A DNA stretch of 50,294 nt from a virus. Its lineage: Duplodnaviria > Caudoviricetes. Under the pieces are notes generated by a model. That model had not been told where the DNA came from. It did no database searches and saw only the letters and a list, made by a program, of their open reading frames with translations. The stretch spans positions 1-50,294 of the IMG/VR virus record IMGVR_UViG_3300017991_000020; one strand, given 5' to 3'. How positions within the stretch are numbered: the stretch's first letter is position 1; each line of letters begins with the position of its first letter. This document shows positions 28,803 to 37,355 of this stretch, in pieces. The position numbers were made by a program, and so were the translations under genes.

Positions 28803-29394
28803 TCCTGTTCGGTACCTCTGCTTGTGGGAACTCAATCCTTCGATAAGAATCAAGCATGGTTGCTATAGTCTCAGGTATTCCCTCAATCAATGTTGTGGTC
28901 TCACCTGCTTTACCTTTTGTTTTTCTGCCTATGTTTCTATTAGTTCTGACTCCTTCCAAAAAATCAACAAGGAATAGACAAGCGCTTTGAATATCAGCAG
29001 GAACTGTTGCAAAGCCTGCATCGTAAACAACTTTGATATTCTGATAACCAATAGGCCACTTGCCTGGTCTGTATATAAGTTCTTGTTGGTTTGTTGATAG
29101 TCGATAGTCGTCTGAATCAACCAAGGTCTCTGCATCCACAAACAGAGACTCAGTGTCAAACCGAATCTCCGTTATGGACGTGACAGGCCACTGTCCTAAG
29201 ATAAGCCTGTTGTCTCTACGACCATCATAGATCTCAGTGAATGTCTGCTCTTTAATGATTCTTTTTGTGTATTTCTCAATCATCTGAGAAGCCACTTCAA
29301 TCTGGAAGCCAAGCTGTGTGGCGTCTCCAGTTCCTGTTGGTATACCAAAGTGAGCCTCTACTTGTGCAACTGTCACTAGATCGTTTGCAGCCAT
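28795..29394 (-). CDS. Head-tail connector/adaptor (gp6-like)
   Basis: 'LVTVAQVEAHF...ASQMIEKYT...YDAGFATVPADIQSAC' pattern. Confidence 0.85.
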   Translation of the reverse strand: MAANDLVTVAQVEAHFGIPTGTGDATQLGFQIEVASQMIEKYTKRIIKEQTFTEIYDGRRDNRLILGQWPVTSITEIRFDTESLFVDAETLVDSDDYRLSTNQQELIYRPGKWPIGYQNIKVVYDAGFATVPADIQSACLFLVDFLEGVRTNRNIGRKTKGKAGETTTLIEGIPETIATMLDSYRRIEFPQAEVPNRNA

Positions 29395-29406
29395 ATCTTT
29401 TTACCT

Positions 29407-29658
29407 TTACTTGTTGACTATCTCGTCAGCAGAGATACTTTTGTCTTTTCTTGTTCTCATGAGCTTTTCTTTTTTAGGTGCTGGCTTCTCCTCAACCACT
29501 TTTACCTCACCTGGATATTTACCTAAAATTTCATACCCGATATCATCGGGCACTTCTACTTCCACTCCGAGGGGAAGCTTTACACATCTCTCTTTAACCT
29601 TAGGTGTAAGAAATGTGATGGGTTGACCTTCTCTTCCAATAACTTTTTTAATTTTCAT
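29407..29658 (-). CDS. Hypothetical protein
   Basis: SD GAGG; typical small gene before the connector. Confidence 0.6.
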   Translation of the reverse strand: MKIKKVIGREGQPITFLTPKVKERCVKLPLGVEVEVPDDIGYEILGKYPGEVKVVEEKPAPKKEKLMRTRKDKSISADEIVNK

Positions 29659-29675
29659 AAAAGCCTCTCTTAATA

Positions 29676-30200
29676 TTAAAACAAAGTTTTAAACGTACTT
29701 TTTACAAGAATCTTAAGTATACCCATTTTTGTCAACAACTCTATTCTCTCTTTTTGTGGCTGACCAACATTCTCCTTGACATCCAGATAACCGTCGTAAA
29801 GCACGATGGGATCACCATAACCATAGTACTTCTGGAGATTCTTCTTCCTGCTCTCATAGGCATAGATAAAATACTTCTTCCTGTTTTTTAAACACTGCCA
29901 AAAGAATCTTACCTTTAATCTTAATCGACCCTTTTTGCTTCTAATAAAATAACCAGTTAGCTCCGTAACTCTGTTTAAATATAAAACCCTCAACTCTCTG
30001 ATAGGCAACTGCTCAAGAGTTCTTGGGAATACCTTGTCTATGATTGCAAACCCACCGAGCATAACTCCTTTATCATCCTTGAGAACCCAGACCTCTTGCC
30101 CTTCAAAGTAGTCGTCAGGTATTGGATACCTCTGACTACTGTTAAAAGCATGAGCATAAGTCACATAATCGACTTCATGTTTTAATCTGACAACCTTCAT
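29676..30200 (-). CDS. Putative GNAT-fold acyltransferase-like protein
   Basis: 'VWVLKDDKGVMLGGFAII', 'VTELTGYFI' and 'NLQKYYG' fit acyl-CoA N-acyltransferase topology; AT-rich. Confidence 0.4.
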   Translation of the reverse strand: MKVVRLKHEVDYVTYAHAFNSSQRYPIPDDYFEGQEVWVLKDDKGVMLGGFAIIDKVFPRTLEQLPIRELRVLYLNRVTELTGYFIRSKKGRLRLKVRFFWQCLKNRKKYFIYAYESRKKNLQKYYGYGDPIVLYDGYLDVKENVGQPQKERIELLTKMGILKILVKSTFKTLF

Positions 30201-30745
30201 AACTCTTTAATATTCTCAAACTTCTTAAGTTCTTGATAAACCATGTGAGGGCTTAGTGTTTCAAAGTCGAGATGACTGACGTCAACACCGTTGCATCCAA
30301 GGATACCTTCAATTGGGTCAATGATCTCAGAGCACCACATCCCGTCTGTAGACCATTTGTTCTCTTTTGGTATGGGGGTCTTGAAGAGGAAGTGTCCTAG
30401 AAGGACAATCCAAGCGTAGTAGTATGCACCCCAGTCATAGGGTGTCAATACGCACTGGTCAATCAATCTGTCGTAAGCAAGAAGCTCATCCGAGATTGAG
30501 AGCTTAAGCTCAAGGGTATTGACTATTTGATATTTCTCAGGACTTGTCCAGTGCTTCATGTGATAGAGTTTGCCGTGAGGCTTTGTGCAATCAATGACAA
30601 GATCCAACCCATCATGCTCGTCAGTAAAAAGCCCGATCCCAATGTGAGAGACGGGCTCATCTAACATTTTCATTAAGGCTTTGGAATACCACTTGTCATT
30701 TTTTACAAAATAAAACCGCATAGACCTACTCTTTATAGTGTTCAT
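30197..30745 (-). CDS. Permuted papain-like (YiiX/NlpC-P60) amidase/peptidase
   Basis: SHIGIG His motif precedes PYDW and the WCSE Cys motif (permuted order). Confidence 0.75.
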   Translation of the reverse strand: MNTIKSRSMRFYFVKNDKWYSKALMKMLDEPVSHIGIGLFTDEHDGLDLVIDCTKPHGKLYHMKHWTSPEKYQIVNTLELKLSISDELLAYDRLIDQCVLTPYDWGAYYYAWIVLLGHFLFKTPIPKENKWSTDGMWCSEIIDPIEGILGCNGVDVSHLDFETLSPHMVYQELKKFENIKEL

Positions 30746-31529
30746 AAATCATCTGGATGCCTATCTCGTCACCAGCATTGTGCTTAACATAGAGCCCGAT
30801 TCTATGGCTGTAGTATGTTGTGTCTTTATTAATAACAAAGGTTGTTTGGCCGTCCATTGTTATATAGGACTTGGCAGGGAAGAAGCTCAGGTTGTATCCA
30901 CCAGCAAGGAACGGTGCCTGTCCACCAATGGCTGCTGGGATGTGCGGTGCTAATATGCACCAAAAATAAGCATCATAGTCAACCTCTTCTCTCAACATAA
31001 ATGTGCCAGACCTAATGGCATAGTCAAAGTCTGGAGTGTACTCAAGAAAAGTCTTAACACAACCAGAGGTAAGTCTTGCCTGGAACTCAGACTCTGTCTC
31101 ACTCTCATAGCCTGTCTGCTGATAAGAGAGCTCGTTGTCAGATGAGTCATAGAACTTTAATACACCATCTCCATAGTCTGTCCCATCATTGATGCCAGCA
31201 CCGTCGTGCTTCCTGTTATAAAGGGACTTGTATTTTGATGTAACAAAATCCAGAGACCTTGGCTCATAGTGCATGGAGTCAAGAGCAATCACCTGCTTAA
31301 CCTGCTCGTGCCCTTCAGAGTCTCTCTCTATCAATGGCTTGTTGCCGTCTGCCTTGTAGTTTGTTTCAAAGTCAGTTGCATCTGTTGACGGTCTTGTCAG
31401 ATCACATTTAAACCCATGGGGACCATCATAAGCACTAAGATCATAAGTGTCTGTGGTCTGCTCATATTGAATGGACAAGCTTCTATCATCCACAAAATCT
31501 TTAAAGTCTGACCATGATATTTTTTTCAT
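30726..31529 (-). CDS. Hypothetical protein, probably virion-associated
   Basis: In the head-neck interval; 'DATDFETNYK' motif. Confidence 0.6.
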   Translation of the reverse strand: MKKISWSDFKDFVDDRSLSIQYEQTTDTYDLSAYDGPHGFKCDLTRPSTDATDFETNYKADGNKPLIERDSEGHEQVKQVIALDSMHYEPRSLDFVTSKYKSLYNRKHDGAGINDGTDYGDGVLKFYDSSDNELSYQQTGYESETESEFQARLTSGCVKTFLEYTPDFDYAIRSGTFMLREEVDYDAYFWCILAPHIPAAIGGQAPFLAGGYNLSFFPAKSYITMDGQTTFVINKDTTYYSHRIGLYVKHNAGDEIGIQMIYEHYKE

Positions 31530-32158
31530 GAGCCGTTTCCTTCTTCAGTACAATACCCAGAGATTTCAATTGATATGATGTTGTTGTTTGACTTTGATTT
31601 AAATTGGAGAACATAATTTTTACTTATCGACAAAACCTGTTCTGTTTCTCTTTTAGATCCAGAGGGTATGTTTGATTTAGCTGGAATAAATTCTTTGTGT
31701 AGTTGTGTTCCACCAGACACAGAGCTTGCCTCAAAAAAACCACAGTTTGTCAACCCATCTGGATAGTTCCTGTTATTGTTCCTTGCTGTTAAAGCCGTTC
31801 CTTTTGTGTAAGAAGGGGCTTCATAAAGATAAACCTCTACCTCTTCCTGGACATTAAGACCCCAAGCTAAGTGAGGTACCTCGTCACCAGACCCAACCTC
31901 AAATAAATAATATTGTGATTTGTTGTTGTTGAGAGTGAAGAAGTCTGTATACGTGAAGTGCTTGCCTTCATGTATCTGCTCGTGCTCCCAATCTATTGTT
32001 GTCACATGGTCATCGTCATTTATCTGTTTTATAATAGCGTCAACAGCAAGACGTTCTATTCCATCCTTGTCTGTGACAGCATCAATTTTGACACCCTCAT
32101 CTGTACCGTCGTTGCCTTTGACAATGGTGTCATCACCATCATAGTGACCTTGTCCCAT
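31526..32158 (-). CDS. Hypothetical protein, probably virion-associated
   Basis: 'TIDWEHEQIHEGKHF' motif; beta-rich. Confidence 0.6.
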   Translation of the reverse strand: MGQGHYDGDDTIVKGNDGTDEGVKIDAVTDKDGIERLAVDAIIKQINDDDHVTTIDWEHEQIHEGKHFTYTDFFTLNNNKSQYYLFEVGSGDEVPHLAWGLNVQEEVEVYLYEAPSYTKGTALTARNNNRNYPDGLTNCGFFEASSVSGGTQLHKEFIPAKSNIPSGSKRETEQVLSISKNYVLQFKSKSNNNIISIEISGYCTEEGNGS

Positions 32159-32412
32159 TATTCTTTACCTTCTTTTTGAGGTCTGTGAACAACCCTTTTA
32201 ACTTCAAGGATGTGGTCATATATTTTCTTTTCAAGCTGTAAAGCAGCAACATAAAGCCTTGAATACTCGTGAGAGTCCCTTGTTGTAAAAGTAAAAGAAG
32301 CCTTTGATGCTACAACATTAAGGAACGCCTTGAAGTCTTCAAACTCCTTCTCAGTAAACGTCAGTTGAGGAGCAACAACTTGTTCTTCTTTTTTCTGTTC
32401 TGGTTTTTTCAT
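32158..32412 (-). CDS. Hypothetical protein
   Basis: Operon packing (TAATG overlap). Confidence 0.6.
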   Translation of the reverse strand: MKKPEQKKEEQVVAPQLTFTEKEFEDFKAFLNVVASKASFTFTTRDSHEYSRLYVAALQLEKKIYDHILEVKRVVHRPQKEGKE

Positions 32413-32428
32413 TGCTGTTTTACACCTT

Positions 32429-32456
32429 AAAAAACAGGAGAGTCGTTAGACTCCCC
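32429..32456 (-). terminator. Putative terminator
   Basis: Minus strand GGGGAGTC-TAAC-GACTCTCC followed by TGTTTTTT. Confidence 0.6.
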
Positions 32457-32477
32457 CAAAGTCATACAGATTGGCTT

Positions 32478-33299
32478 TTAAGATAGTTCCATAACCCTTA
32501 GGTCTTCCCCAGAAGCGCCTGTTCCACCGATGATCTGTGGTGCAACAGATGGTCCTACGCGAAGTTCCATGCTTGTGTCTCGATACATTGGGAAGCCGTT
32601 TGCAACAGTCACTCCACTCTTACCGAAGTAAAGAACCTTGTTCCCGTTGTTGTAGAGATACAACCATTTTCGATCTGCAAGAGCAGAAGCAACAACGTTT
32701 ATAGCAGTTGTTGAAACAGGAGTGGCTGTGTTCTCAATAGCCGTGTCTGCCAAGTCATCGTCGATGTCTCCACCGATGATATTGACATCAAGACCGTGGT
32801 CAGCACCAACAGTTGTTCCACTGAAGAGAGTTGTGCCGTCACCAATTTGAACGCTGTCTTTACCAGCAAGGTGTGAGAGATCTCGAATATCAAGATCTGT
32901 TGCACTAACTACCCAAGGATCTGTACCTTGTGTGACATTGACATCACCACTTATTCCAACAGTGCCGTCAACCGTCCAAGGGCTTGTCCCTTGAGTCACT
33001 TCAATGTTGTCATTTATGATGTTGACATCTAAACCATGATCAGCGCCGTTGGTTGTTCCGGTGTAGAGCGTGGTCCCGTCACCCAATTTGACAGAGTCAC
33101 TTACGTGAGTTAAATCTCTAATGTCAATGTCAGTGGCACTTAAGCCAGCAACGTTGACGTCCAAGGATTCTTTACCACCAAGAAGCGTACTGGTGACAAC
33201 GTCCCCATCCTTACCTAATACATAACCACCAATTGTTGATGATGCAGCAATGGTGTTTGCATCTGTAGGATCAAATACTAATCGATTAGTTAAGCCCAT
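32478..33299 (-). CDS. Putative head decoration/fibre protein with an internal duplication
   Basis: Two copies of ATD(I/L)DIRDL.H...DSV..GDGTTL..GTT.GADHGLDVNII. Confidence 0.6.
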   Translation of the reverse strand: MGLTNRLVFDPTDANTIAASSTIGGYVLGKDGDVVTSTLLGGKESLDVNVAGLSATDIDIRDLTHVSDSVKLGDGTTLYTGTTNGADHGLDVNIINDNIEVTQGTSPWTVDGTVGISGDVNVTQGTDPWVVSATDLDIRDLSHLAGKDSVQIGDGTTLFSGTTVGADHGLDVNIIGGDIDDDLADTAIENTATPVSTTAINVVASALADRKWLYLYNNGNKVLYFGKSGVTVANGFPMYRDTSMELRVGPSVAPQIIGGTGASGEDLRVMELS

Positions 33300-33323
33300 T
33301 TTTTTCTCCTTTACGAATAAACC

Positions 33324-34118
33324 CTACTTCCAGGATAACAGTTCTAACAGTTGGTTTGGAAGTGGGGACTCAAAATAAATAGTTAAAGAATCCTTTGTGA
33401 TATTAAGCTCATCATGAACTTGACCAGGGAATAGACTTATGTACTTGGTGCCAGTTTCTCCTGTTGTAAAACAGAACTTCACTAAGCCGTTTTTTCTATT
33501 CTGGATTGTGTATCTTTTTGTGTTATCTGGGAATGTGTAAGAGTATTCAGTATTGGCAGATGCCATTGTGACATTGGCAACAGTTGGTGTGCCAACCCCC
33601 TCAAAAGCAAACTGCAGATTGCCATTGGCGTCAACCGACAAGAACCTTAACACGTCGTTTGTACGGTCCAAACCAGCAACCACCATACCCTTATCAATGA
33701 GAGCCTGGAAGGCTGTAGCATCCAAGACGAGGGCACTATCAATGTCACTTGCAAAGTCTGTGACCACAGTCACATAAATACCAAACTTAACAGAACCGCC
33801 TGAAACTATTACTTCAACATTAGGTTTGTTGTGTATTTTTGTAACAAGGACTCGGTCTGTTATTGGAGCACCAGTCGATACTAGGTTGTGCCCGTTGAGC
33901 TCATATCTCTCTGTAGCATCGCTGCCTGCTGAGGTGTCCCAGTAGTTGACTTTGATTGACGCTCCTGGGTCCATTGATTCAATGAAGAGAGAAGACAAAA
34001 TTGAGTTGCCCTCAATCAGCATTTTTCTCTCATAAGTATCTGCAGGTCTATTCTCAAGAGGAATAAGAGTCTGTGTTTGGAACGTGTCAAGATTGATGAG
34101 TTTGCCAATGCTAGTCAT
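33324..34118 (-). CDS. Putative head-associated protein
   Basis: Immediately after the MCP; beta-rich. Confidence 0.55.
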   Translation of the reverse strand: MTSIGKLINLDTFQTQTLIPLENRPADTYERKMLIEGNSILSSLFIESMDPGASIKVNYWDTSAGSDATERYELNGHNLVSTGAPITDRVLVTKIHNKPNVEVIVSGGSVKFGIYVTVVTDFASDIDSALVLDATAFQALIDKGMVVAGLDRTNDVLRFLSVDANGNLQFAFEGVGTPTVANVTMASANTEYSYTFPDNTKRYTIQNRKNGLVKFCFTTGETGTKYISLFPGQVHDELNITKDSLTIYFESPLPNQLLELLSWK

Positions 34119-34136
34119 AAAACAACTCTAAAAATT

Positions 34137-34171
34137 AAAAGGGTGGCAAGCTAAGTTGCCCACCACCCCTT
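34137..34171 (-). terminator. Putative terminator after the major capsid gene
   Basis: GC-rich hairpin (GGTGG...CCACC) followed by TTTT on the minus strand. Confidence 0.55.
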
Positions 34172-34193
34172 TAGGATTTAATGAAACGACACT

Positions 34194-35573
34194 TTAGACC
34201 TGAATGTTGATACCCAAAACAGTTGATCTCTCAGAAGCTCCTTGTGCAAGCCCTTTAAAATCCCATCGTGAGTAAGAGCTCATCAACCATCTGTCTTGAT
34301 CTGGAAGGTCCATCATGATTCTGACCCTAATAGGTCTTCTCATGCCGATCCAGAATCGACGGATATTGATAAGGTGTAAGACAGCCTTGTCAGTTGTGGC
34401 ACCGTCTTCTACACCAGAAGCGTTTAAGACTTCTCGTACATACTCAGAAGTTACAATTGGAATGCCTCTTAATGCAGCCAATGCACCAGAGAGGATTGTT
34501 GCTTGTGGTCCAAACTTCTCAACGGTTGTTACCTCGTCAAGCTTGAGCAACTGAACTCTTCCTTGTGGTCCACAGAACCAGCCAAGGTCTCTTGGGTTTG
34601 TTCCGAACTTACCCATAAGAGCAAGCATCTCGTCACACTTGGCAAGAGTGATTGCAGCGCCTGCAAAGTCAACTGTTGAAGAAGCGTCAAGAGCCAAACG
34701 TCTGTGGCCTTTGAGTGCCTTTGCAGCCAATGTTGCTGCACCAGCGTTGATGTCAGCGTCCATGTGAGTTGCTGTATCATCACCGTTTAGAAGTGCTTGC
34801 TCACGAGCTCGGATCTGAGCTTCACTTACATTAAAGCGAGATCTGCTTAAAATGTCAGGAGCAGAGTCTTCATTCAATTCTTCAGGCAGTCTTGTGAACT
34901 GAGCAAACTTTGTTGCATTGAATGCAATCTTTGATGTCCCTGCATTGCTTTGAGTTGCTGCTGTATCTTCAGCAACAATCTGTGCTTCTGGAACGTCAGT
35001 TTCAACTGGTAGTTCATAAGGGTTGGATGTCATTGTGAGCTCTTGGTGGGCTGCTGCCACTTTTTTCTCAAGCTCAAATTCCTCGATAAACTGAGCACTT
35101 AAATTTGTTGGGACCCACTCATCACCCTCACCAGGCGTGGTTGACCCAAAAGCCTTCATATATGGAGCAATAACATTCTTGCCATAGTTGCTCTCAAGGA
35201 TGCCCTTTACATGAGCAGGCTTGTTCTTGTCCAATGGCTCACCATTAAACATCTGCTGAAGAAACCGTCCTGTATCAAAAGAAGACTTGATATTCCTTAC
35301 AAGACCACGAATCTCTCTAGGAACAAAAGCTCGTGCCTTTTCTGATTCTGTGTTTACTTCCATTAGGTCTTTGAGACTCGAACAACCAAAATAGCTCAGA
35401 GCCTTTTGCTCTTGAGAATCATACCGCATACCAACATGGTCTGCTTTTGGAAGAGATGTGATAAGCGCTGCCTTCTCCTTTTCGAGAGAAGCGTTCTTGT
35501 CTGCCAAGGACTTCAACTGAGAATCCTGGTCTTCAACTTTTTTCTTGATTGCTTCTAATTCTTTCTGGTCCAT
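34194..35573 (-). CDS. Major capsid protein (HK97 fold) with N-terminal delta/scaffold region
   Basis: 'GDEWVPTNLS', 'PEELNEDS', 'ALLNGD' and 'LRGIPIVTSEYV' HK97-type motifs; follows the protease. Confidence 0.92.
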   Translation of the reverse strand: MDQKELEAIKKKVEDQDSQLKSLADKNASLEKEKAALITSLPKADHVGMRYDSQEQKALSYFGCSSLKDLMEVNTESEKARAFVPREIRGLVRNIKSSFDTGRFLQQMFNGEPLDKNKPAHVKGILESNYGKNVIAPYMKAFGSTTPGEGDEWVPTNLSAQFIEEFELEKKVAAAHQELTMTSNPYELPVETDVPEAQIVAEDTAATQSNAGTSKIAFNATKFAQFTRLPEELNEDSAPDILSRSRFNVSEAQIRAREQALLNGDDTATHMDADINAGAATLAAKALKGHRRLALDASSTVDFAGAAITLAKCDEMLALMGKFGTNPRDLGWFCGPQGRVQLLKLDEVTTVEKFGPQATILSGALAALRGIPIVTSEYVREVLNASGVEDGATTDKAVLHLINIRRFWIGMRRPIRVRIMMDLPDQDRWLMSSYSRWDFKGLAQGASERSTVLGINIQV

Positions 35574-35603
35574 TAGTAGCTCCTCTAAAATAGGTCTTAA
35601 TCT

Positions 35604-37337
35604 TTAATTATTTGTGTTGATGTACTTTGCTAACCTTCTTCCTATATCATCCTGATGTTTCTTAACAATGTCAAGCGTGCGCTTTTCTGCCTCACTGTTA
35701 TCATCATCTGGGTTATTAATAGTTGTATCTGTTTCTTTATTAGTTTGTCCAGACGTATTAAGTTCTTCCATATCGTCTTCAGGCTTTGATGGTTTAGACC
35801 TTACTTCATTAATAAGTTCATTAAGAAGTAGGTTTGTCTTTTGTTGTTCTGCAATGAGTTGTCCCAAAAAGACGTTTGCTTGCTTTGCCTGGTCCATTTG
35901 TGGGCTGCCAAAGTCAGAGTCATCATTCTGCTGGTTAACAGACACAGAGGGCTCTTCCTGCTTCTCACCTTCAGCATTATAGTTATCAGCAAAATCAAAA
36001 GCAAAAGCCAATGCTTCTGGTGTCAAGGAGCACTTACTTTTCTCTTTGCAAAGAGCCACAGCCTGAGCAACTGCCTCATCTCTCTCTTTACCCTCTGACA
36101 TAAGGACAGGGATTTTTTTCTTAACACAATCCTGGAAGGCATCCCCCTCAAGCTTCTCACCTTCTGGCTCTTCAACCTGCTGCTCTTCACATTTTATGAA
36201 TGACTTAAGTCTCTCTATGTCTGTCTTAAGGACCACAGACAATGCCTCAAGCCTCTTCTCCTTTGGCTTCCTTATCTTGCCTCGGATCAACTGACTGACG
36301 GCAGAGAGTGATACACCCATACATTTTGCAAGGTCGTCGTTTGAAACACCGACTGTGGCAGATCTTGCCTTAACAAAATCTCCGAGGGTGAGAGCCTTTG
36401 CTTCCTCACCTTCCTCTGGGCTCGTCTCTTCTTCCTTTTCTTCTTCAGGTTTTTCTTCTGGCTCAGAGTCTTCCTTTGCTTCTGGGTCTTCTGTTTTTTC
36501 TTCTCCCTCATCATTCTTCTCTTCCACCTTGAGTCTCTCCACATCACCCTCGTTGAGCTTCTCCAAGATCTCCTTGTCCATACCGAGAACTTCAGAGAAG
36601 GCTTCTAGGATCTTTTCTGGGACTGGTGTGACGTTGCCTGCAAGAATATCCTTGATTGTGTCCTCATCGACTTCTGCCATTGCAGAGACAGCAGCCAGTG
36701 CCTCATCTCTATCAAAGTCACTCTCGTTTGTTTGGAGATCATAAATCTTGGAGTGAACACCTGTAGCAAACCACGCTCCTTTGGCGGCTATTGTAGAGAT
36801 GTAGTCCTTGATTTTTTCTTTGCCCTTATTAGATCGGTAGTCCTTAGCGGCTATAGTGAATGTTGAATCTTGATTCATTGGGATGTTAACAACAGAGACT
36901 TCCAAGAGCTCTGCCTTGCTTATGACTGTGACCCCATCGTCTTCTCTCGTGTCCATTTCAATTGGGTTGAAGCCAACTGAGAATGTCTTAAGGATCCCTG
37001 ACTTGATGAGCTTTGCCAAGAACTTGAAGTCCTCATTCTCAGACTCCATGATCTCACCTCGGATTGTGAGCCCGTCTTCGTTTGTCTTTATGCCAGTGAC
37101 CTTACCAATAGGCATGGACCCTATACGCATATCACGTCCATGTTGAAACAATAAAACTGGGTTCTTCTTGAAGTTGTCAAGATCCCAAGCGTTGCCAGGT
37201 ATGAGCTCGTTGCCTCTGTCAATAACAGCCCTGTTTGCAAGACCCTCAACAATAATAGGCTTATCACCTTGAGCTTTTACTGAGAATGAATTGACAGCAT
37301 TCTTCTCAACGCTGCCAGCTATTTTTTTTTGTTTCAT
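35604..37337 (-). CDS. HK97-type prohead protease with a long C-terminal extension containing two XRE-like HTH domains
   Basis: Protease motifs NPVLLFQH, PIGK, FSVGF, LLEVSVVNIPMN; HTH-like segments at about 36555-36775 and 36195-36393. Confidence 0.88.
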   Translation of the reverse strand: MKQKKIAGSVEKNAVNSFSVKAQGDKPIIVEGLANRAVIDRGNELIPGNAWDLDNFKKNPVLLFQHGRDMRIGSMPIGKVTGIKTNEDGLTIRGEIMESENEDFKFLAKLIKSGILKTFSVGFNPIEMDTREDDGVTVISKAELLEVSVVNIPMNQDSTFTIAAKDYRSNKGKEKIKDYISTIAAKGAWFATGVHSKIYDLQTNESDFDRDEALAAVSAMAEVDEDTIKDILAGNVTPVPEKILEAFSEVLGMDKEILEKLNEGDVERLKVEEKNDEGEEKTEDPEAKEDSEPEEKPEEEKEEETSPEEGEEAKALTLGDFVKARSATVGVSNDDLAKCMGVSLSAVSQLIRGKIRKPKEKRLEALSVVLKTDIERLKSFIKCEEQQVEEPEGEKLEGDAFQDCVKKKIPVLMSEGKERDEAVAQAVALCKEKSKCSLTPEALAFAFDFADNYNAEGEKQEEPSVSVNQQNDDSDFGSPQMDQAKQANVFLGQLIAEQQKTNLLLNELINEVRSKPSKPEDDMEELNTSGQTNKETDTTINNPDDDNSEAEKRTLDIVKKHQDDIGRRLAKYINTNN

Positions 37338-37355
37338 ATCAAACCTTCCTTAGAG

